Below are positions 62,985 through 64,000 of a stretch of DNA of 64,000 nucleotides, one piece after another. Location: assembly GCA_964649215.1 (NCBI GenBank), contig CAZYOV010000001.1, forward strand, positions 8,453 to 72,452. The letters run 5' to 3'. The stretch comes from an uncultured Dehalococcoidia bacterium. GTDB taxonomy: Bacteria > Chloroflexota > Dehalococcoidia > SM23-28-2 > RBG-16-64-32. Both the position numbers and the translations under genes were made by a program. The notes beneath the pieces are model-generated. The model ran no database searches and was not told the origin of the DNA. It saw nothing but the letters and a program-made list of their open reading frames with translations. Numbering within the stretch: position 1 is the stretch's first letter; every line of letters starts with the position of its first letter.

Positions 62985-64000
62985 ATGTTACAGCTCGTCG
63001 ACGTGGGAAAGAAGACCCTGGAGAAGTACGAAGGCGTCATCGGCAAGGAGAAGTTGGACGAACTTCGTCAACTGGCTTCTCCTCTCCGAGGCGCGCGCGT
63101 CGCGCACATCAACGCGACTGTATACGGCGGCGGAGTGTCCGAGCTGCTCCGCTCCGTCGTCCCTCTTTACCGGGCTCTCGACGTCAAGGCTGACTGGCTG
63201 GTGATACCTGGGGAGCCCGGCTTCTTCGAGGTAACCAAAGGGTTCCACAACGCCCTCCAGGGAGCCGCCTTCGATCTCACGGACGAAGTCAAGGAGACCT
63301 ACCTAAGCCACAATCAGAGGACCGCCGATCTCCTGGAGCGGCAGTACGACTACGTAGTCGTGCACGATCCTCAGCCCGCGCCCCTGAGAAAGCTACATGG
63401 GCGGGACAACGCCCGCTGGGTCTGGCGCTGCCACATCGACACCTCGGAGCCCAACCCGGAAGTCCTCGCCTTCCTCCAGCCGTTTCTAGCCGAGTACGAT
63501 GCCCTCGTCTTCACCATGGATAGCTTCGTGCCCGCGGTCCTTCGCGATGAGCGCATCGTAATTGTCCCGCCGGCTATCGACCCCCTGAGTCCCAAGAACA
63601 TGTCCGCTCCCATGGACCTGTGCAGCCGGATCGTTGAATGGACAGGGGTCAACCTGGATGAGCTGCTCATCACTCAGATCTCTCGCTTCGACCCCTGGAA
63701 GGATCCCATAGGTGTCATCGAGGTCTACCGCCGGGTTCGGGAAGAGGCGCCCGGCACCCAGCTCGCCCTCCTGGGCCAGATGGCCCTGGACGATCCCGAG
63801 GGCTGGGATATGTACCAGGCCATCCTTGACGAGGCTGGGGGCGACCCCGACATCCACGTCCTTACCAACTTCACCGGCATCGGCAACATGGAGGTCAACG
63901 CCTTCCAGTGCTGCTCCAGCGTTGTGCTACAGAAGTCGCTGCGCGAGGGCTTCGGCCTGGTGGTCTCTGAGGCGTTGTGGAAGGGAACGCCGGTAGTGGC
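62985..64000 (+). CDS. GT4 glycosyltransferase, trehalose synthase (TreT)-like; 3' end outside the window
   Basis: Open frame from the ATG at 62985 (after AGGAGAGAAAC) to the window edge, absent from the ORF track because it has no stop. Reads MLQLVDVGKKTLEKYEGVIGKEKLDELRQL...HINATVYGGGVSELL...ITQISRFDPWKDPIGVI...SLREGFGLVVSEALWKGTPVV. Confidence 0.7.
   Translation, partial: MLQLVDVGKKTLEKYEGVIGKEKLDELRQLASPLRGARVAHINATVYGGGVSELLRSVVPLYRALDVKADWLVIPGEPGFFEVTKGFHNALQGAAFDLTDEVKETYLSHNQRTADLLERQYDYVVVHDPQPAPLRKLHGRDNARWVWRCHIDTSEPNPEVLAFLQPFLAEYDALVFTMDSFVPAVLRDERIVIVPPAIDPLSPKNMSAPMDLCSRIVEWTGVNLDELLITQISRFDPWKDPIGVIEVYRRVREEAPGTQLALLGQMALDDPEGWDMYQAILDEAGGDPDIHVLTNFTGIGNMEVNAFQCCSSVVLQKSLREGFGLVVSEALWKGTPVV

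Noticed and set aside
1-64000. Search for CRISPR arrays, rRNA/tRNA genes, transposases, integrases, phage or defence-system genes
   Set aside because: I saw no regularly spaced short repeats, no conserved rRNA or tRNA sequence blocks, and no DDE, tyrosine or serine recombinase motifs or nuclease/ATPase defence signatures. The only repeats are the 13 upstream elements, the tandem regulator duplication and the 280-bp module.

Overview
GC-rich, densely coding bacterial chromosomal segment with about 66 supportable protein genes and strong GGAGG-type ribosome-binding sites. The gene content (AtsA-like long sulfatases, Sap/GAP-like and DUF2550-like proteins, a TreT-like glycosyltransferase) fits an actinobacterial (possibly Rubrobacter-like) or Chloroflexota-like host, but I cannot verify this. 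I found no rRNA, tRNA, CRISPR array, transposase or integrase. Content: (i) two tandem multi-PAS/GAF LuxR-type regulators, the second broken by a 1-nt frameshift. (ii) Many small envelope/stress-type membrane proteins in paralogous copies: DUF1269-like x5, PLDc_N x3, SHOCT x7 including two orphan tails, YtxH-like x3, DUF1328-like x2. Several are under 60 aa and so absent from the ORF track. (iii) A sulfatase island: four Cys-type sulfatases, two FGE and one radical-SAM anSME maturase, two SulP/STAS permeases, a Sap/GAP-like membrane protein and an MBL-fold hydrolase. (iv) An ECF sigma factor, K+ channel, DUF389 protein, NirK, NDH-2, CopA, a NarL-type two-component pair and a single-polypeptide PAS-HK-REC-wHTH protein. 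The most interesting signal is non-coding. Thirteen gene-oriented intergenic copies of a conserved ~65-nt bipartite element (cTAaCGAGAAATCGTTACGAACGTACTTAGtyTCTGCCATGCG, then 18-19 variable nt, then a (G/C)AyACT hexamer) sit upstream of most of these loci, including the ECF sigma gene. They appear to define one candidate regulon. The element shows inverted repeats with compensatory substitutions, so either a promoter/operator or a structured 5' leader RNA is possible. All functional calls rest on motif recognition by eye, with no database search.
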